From NCBI RefSeq assembly GCF_016433145.1, contig NC_058133.1:520915806-520979805 (forward strand): a DNA stretch of 64,000 bases, in the 5' to 3' direction. The DNA is from Gracilinanus agilis (Eukaryota). This document shows positions 59,661-64,000 of this stretch, piece by piece. The notes under the pieces are model-generated. The model had not been told where the DNA came from, did no database searches, and saw only the letters and a list, made by a program, of their open reading frames with translations. Made by a program: the position numbers and the translations under genes. Position 1 is the stretch's first letter; every line of letters starts with the position of its first letter.

Positions 59661-61491
59661 GTGCCAGGCTTGCCTTCTGCCCTGCAGCAGAAGCCTCTTA
59701 CGTGTGGTCCCTCCATAGAATGCCAGTTCCCAAGGAGCGAGAATTGGATGGCCTTCCCCTCAGATCTCAGGCTGAGCACAGGGCTTAGCAGCAAAGAATA
59801 AGCTCTCAATAGTTCAGCAAGTACTTCTGTAAAAAGCCCTTCAATTTGGATTGTTACATGCACAATGGCTTTGCGTCCAAACAGCACTTCTGCTCATTAC
59901 ATGCCAGTTTTTCCGTGGCTCGTGATTTGATGTTTAAGGCTGTTTCCTCTTTCTTTTCTAGCTTTAAAGTCTTGAAGAAGACAGTGGGGTCCCCGGCGCG
60001 CTAAGAAGCTGCTAACAAGAATCCTCTCTGTAACTCGTCCCCCTCTTTCCAGTGCTGCTGCTGCTGCTACCAGCTGACACTGTCTACTGCTAGTTTACTA
60101 CACTTCAACCCTGACTCTCTCTTTCCTCACTTTCTTTTCTGCTATTCTATTCTTCAGGGTCAATGGCAGGGAAAGGAATGCTATGGTGGCCCTTGGCCCC
60201 AAAGCCATTCTCTCTCTTCTCTGCTTCTGTCCCTAGTTTAGAAGGAGCAGCAGTGAGGGCTTGGAGCCACTGGCAGGGCTAGGCTGCACGAAGACTGTGG
60301 CGGCAGGGCCAGGGTGCAGAATACTGCCACAAAAGCAAGGCCTGAAACATCTCTCCACACGCCTCCTCCTGACATTTCATTCTTCCTGGGTCGGTCTTGG
60401 GGGGCGGAGGGGGAAATAGAGTAGCTTCTCTCTACTCCTCCATTTACCAGGAGAGAATGAATATCATGATGTGAAAAGGCAGGCCAGCTCTTCTGGGCAC
60501 TCCAGAAGTCTTGGGGAGTCAGAGGCCAAGATGCCGATGGCTCCCAGGCCAGGGTTCTTTCCCCTGGAGGGAGTTCAATATACCTTCCTTAAGTACTTCC
60601 CCTAGACAGATACCAGGAACACAAGACACCTCGAGGGGCTGTGGTGTCAGCCACTAAGCTTTCCTGCGCTCCCCACCCTCCCCCACGAGGTCACCACCCA
60701 GGGCTTCCAGAGCAGTCGATCCCCCTAAGGTGCTGTGACCGAGGCCAGTCCACGGCCAACCTGACTCTGAAGCAAAACGACAAAATGGAACTTGGGCCGG
60801 GGCCTACGTGGGCGCCCACCCAGGAGGAGGTCACCCACCCCCCACACCAGAATGCATTCTCTGCCCTCCAGGAACACATAAGCAAAGTGAGAATCCCAAG
60901 ATGGAACGTGAACAAGACCTCCCGAAGCACAGACAGCTGGAAGGAGTCAGCACTGAGGCTGAATCTCTGACTGCTCGAACGTGCTTCTCGTCCATCACAG
61001 GGAAGGCAAACTCATCAGAATCATCAGCTGACACCAAATGGAATAAGGAAACGAACAAATGAAAAACGTTTACTCCTACTCTGGGCCACAAGACAGTCGT
61101 GCCTCCAAGGAGCTTACGGCCAAATAAAAAAGCGTATTACCAAACTCCACAGGAATGGCTACATCAGCAAAGCTCATAGCATCAAAATCGTCGTCCCCAA
61201 AGACTTTAAACATCTGAGAAGTGCCCGCCAGGCTGTCTATCCCCAACCCAAACCTCAGAGATCAAGACTGAGAGCAGCTCCAAGTCTCTGTGTCTCACAC
61301 AGTCACCCAAGGAACCTTCTGGACCTCTTACTCTCCTCCTCCAAATTGGGTTGGGTTCCCTGGGACAACGCGGGCAGCTCCGGGCCGGATCCTCCCCAGC
61401 CCTCAGCAAAGCTCCTTTCCCTTTAGGATCTAACCCTTTCCAAGAGCCAGCTAGCCAGATGGGTTTCTCTGGAGGTCAAGCTCCTACCTAC

Positions 61492-61674
61492 CTGCTGCAG
61501 CTGAGCGGCCTCAGAGCACTGGGCCAGCTGAGCCTGAAGCTCGCCCACCTCCTGACTCAGTAGGTCAATGTCTTCCTGCCTGTCCACGAGTTTCTCTTCC
61601 AGCATCTTAATCTTGGCCTGAGCCCTCGGTTCCTCGGGTCGCCTGGGATCTGTGGCTAAGGATGATGCGTTGTC
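61492..61674 (-). CDS. PCNT: Pericentrin exon, AKAP9-like coiled coil (DNASS...KMLEEKLVDRQEDIDLLSQEVGELQAQLAQCSEAAQLQQ)
   Basis: Acceptor ctctctctgaacag|, donor CAG|gtaggt, 183 nt, phase 0-0. Resembles recalled AKAP9 LEMMESELAGKQHEIEELNRELEEMRVTYGTEGLQQ. The 5' boundary is less certain than the 3' boundary. Confidence 0.8.
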
Positions 61675-61879
61675 CTGTTCAGAGAGAGGCAGCACCATTT
61701 CACACACACTGGCAACCCTCAAGTCTCATCTAGCATCTGACGATTGTAAGGGAAAGAGTGGAAGCCATCAAGCAAGAGCCAGGAAGCCTTGGACAGGCGT
61801 GCAAAGGCCAAATGGCCTCATTTTGTTCAGACTTAGGAGCCTCAAAAGAAACAGGGGTGGCTTTAGAAATCATTCTGAA

Positions 61880-62075
61880 GGGGGCGGCGAGGTGGCTCAG
61901 TGGATTGAGAGCCAGACAAGAGATGACAGGTTCTGAGTTCAAATCTGACCTCAGAGACTTCCTAGTTGTGTAGCCTGGGCAAGTCACTTACCCCCCTTGC
62001 CTAGCCCTTACTGCTCTTCTGCCTTGGAGCCAATTCAGTGTTGATTCTAAGATGGAAGGTGAGGGTTTAAAAAAC
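61880..62075 (+). mobile_element. SINE
   Basis: Full head and tail matching the other copies. Confidence 0.85.
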
Positions 62076-62771
62076 AAAAAAAGAAATCACTCTGCAGAAA
62101 TAGCTGGACACAATGACCGTAGAGCAACTTTACATATGGTGACAATTTGGAAGAGAGAAGGCAGCCGGGGCAGGGCCTTCCATTCATAGAAGTAATAAAC
62201 CACTGCGATTCTTCAACAGCTGTTGGGTGTGAAAGAAAACTTGCAGTGCTGACTCGGTACTTCAAGTTACTTTGGGCACTTCCAAGAAATTCTAATATCT
62301 CAACGGCCAAGCTCAACTTTCAGTCCAAAACCCAGAGCCACTTCAGAGGCGAGTGCACCACAGCCCCGGCCTCGGAGGCACCACGCGGCCAGCCCGCGGC
62401 AGGAAGCCAAGAGCCCACAAATGTGGCATCTCGAAGACCCCAAGTCACCTGACTCATTTGATGGCTGTGCATCCCGGGAGCGAGCCGGCTCACAGAAAAG
62501 GGCCCTCCCTGTGAGCTGGCCACCCTCCCCCCCAGGCCCAGGAGGAGCAATCTCAATGCAAAGGGGTTAGGAGCGTCCTGCCCTCCAGAGCAAGCATCTG
62601 TATTCTCAGAAATGGAGAGAAAGCTCGGCTAAGACCCCCAAAGACTAGGCGGACAAAGAGAGAAGATGACAATGCATCCAGCAACCACTCAGTTACCCAA
62701 ATCCCCACGTTCCAGGGCCGTTTTGACACGGGCTCACCCTAAGTAACGGAAAAGAAACCAAATGTCCTTAC

Positions 62772-62849
62772 TTCAAGTATCGGTTCCTGCACAATTAGTT
62801 CAGTAATTGGATTCTTCTGTGTTCCCAAACTGGAAAGCCCTCTCTCAGC
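62772..62849 (-). CDS. PCNT: Pericentrin, putative N-terminal region exon (26 codons, AERGLSSLGTQKNPITELIVQEPILE)
   Basis: Strong acceptor tctctttatttataag| and donor GAA|gtaagg. 78 nt, open only in phase 0, which matches the phase-0 start of the next exon. No recognisable homology, so supported only by splice signals and phase. Confidence 0.55.
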
Positions 62850-63133
62850 CTTATAAATAAAGAGATAAAGAGGGGATTAGGGAGAAAGGAGAGCAAAATC
62901 ATCAACAGCGCCCACCCTCCCTAAACCCAAATGGTGCCAACCTAGCACACAAGGCATATCCTCTTTACCAGATGCTGGCATCGCTTTCCCATTCCCTAAG
63001 GCAACATGGCTGCCTGAAATTCCCCAAGACTGAGAGAATAACGGCAAATCTGCTAAATCAGGGATGGGTGGTCAAGGATGCTGCGTTCGAAGGATCTCTC
63101 TAGGGATAAAATTAATCAACAAATATTTATTAC

Positions 63134-63320
63134 GGGGCAGCTGGGTGGCTTAGCAGACAGAGAGCTAGGCCTAGAGACGAGAGCTCCTGGATTCAAATCG
63201 GGCCTCACTCCTCCCAGCTTTGTGACTCTGGCCCAGTCACTTAACCCCAATTGCCCAGCCCTTACTACTCTTCTGCCTTGGAACCGATACTAAGGCAGAT
63301 GGTACGGGTTTAAAGAAAAG
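63134..63320 (+). mobile_element. SINE
   Basis: ggggcagctgggtggcttag head, CORE, tail. Confidence 0.85.
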
Positions 63321-64000
63321 TTTATATTGGCATCTATGTTCACATATAGCCTGTATATGAAGTATTAACCCCTTGCGAGCCACTACAAATCAAAGAACGA
63401 AGAGTTCAAAATACTGAAATTAAAGAATCGAGGTGTCATCAGAACACGGGACAGCAGTGCCTGCAGGGTTAGGCAGCCATTTCCATCTAAGGCTGCTGAT
63501 TATCAATAGTTCTGCGTGTCAGTATTTGCTGGGTTTTCTCCGGCATCCCCAACATTTGTAGTTTCGGCACCGTCACCTCAGAGTTTTGAAAAGCAAAAAC
63601 TGCACGTCTTCTCTTTGTAGGATCTGTGCTGCCCTTCTAATTCCCGTATGCCTCAAGCTAGCTAGCTAGTCCTGCTGCCCGCTCGGACTCCATGCAATAC
63701 CCCGCGACAGCACTGCCCAAAGTATGTTCTCTCTGACTTGTAGCCCACACAAAGGACCCAGGAGCCCTAGGATCCCCACCAGCCAAAACTGACCCCCTGA
63801 CCCAGGAGGCTCCCCAAACGGGTTCTCACAGCCACATGTTCCCCGCCCCCTCCCTCCCCCCCCATATCTGGCTGAGACTCATTCCCTTCTCTTTCTCCTG
63901 CCTAGAATCTTGGACAAAACAACACGTATCTCTCCCCTCCCCCTTCTTTTCCCTCCAGAGCCCACTGCTGTGGTACTAGTCCCCATCACCCCTGGGAAGA

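Noticed and set aside
60920-61030. Candidate exon ADDSDEFAFPVMDEKH
   Set aside because: Phase-1 start between two phase-0 exons, and no convincing donor.
62134-62219. Candidate PCNT exon (AVEESQWFITS...LSPY) with a good acceptor
   Set aside because: Open only with a phase-1 start, incompatible with the stronger phase-0 exon at 62772-62849, and the donor is weak. It remains possible if the 62772 exon is wrong.

Overview
Marsupial genomic DNA, probably a didelphid opossum (inferred from the young SINE family). The window covers an internal part of the pericentrin gene (PCNT) on the minus strand. I rebuilt 22 coding exons by hand (62849 down to 18249). All have GT-AG boundaries in consistent phase, giving one open frame of 6227 nt (about 2075 aa). 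The start codon exon and the 3' exons lie outside the window. About 1020 aa upstream of the LELEALRLSLSNMHTAQ exon, including a 2232-nt exon, have no counterpart in human PCNT as I recall it and instead resemble the N-terminus of the paralogue AKAP9. The intron below 18249 holds two decayed, related class I-like ERVs on the plus strand, antisense to PCNT. ERV-A (about 2650-7940) is truncated in integrase and carries a nested solo LTR. ERV-B (9509-17023) is bounded by two LTRs with a 4-bp TSD and has no env. Both Gags start with a predicted transmembrane helix and short coiled coil instead of a myristoylated matrix. Both end in an N/Y/G/R-rich tail followed by a shared CPKYSQ motif. The remaining introns hold solo LTRs, SINEs, L1 and L2 fragments, simple repeats and two assembly gaps. 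All homology statements come from recalled sequences and manual reading; no searches were run.
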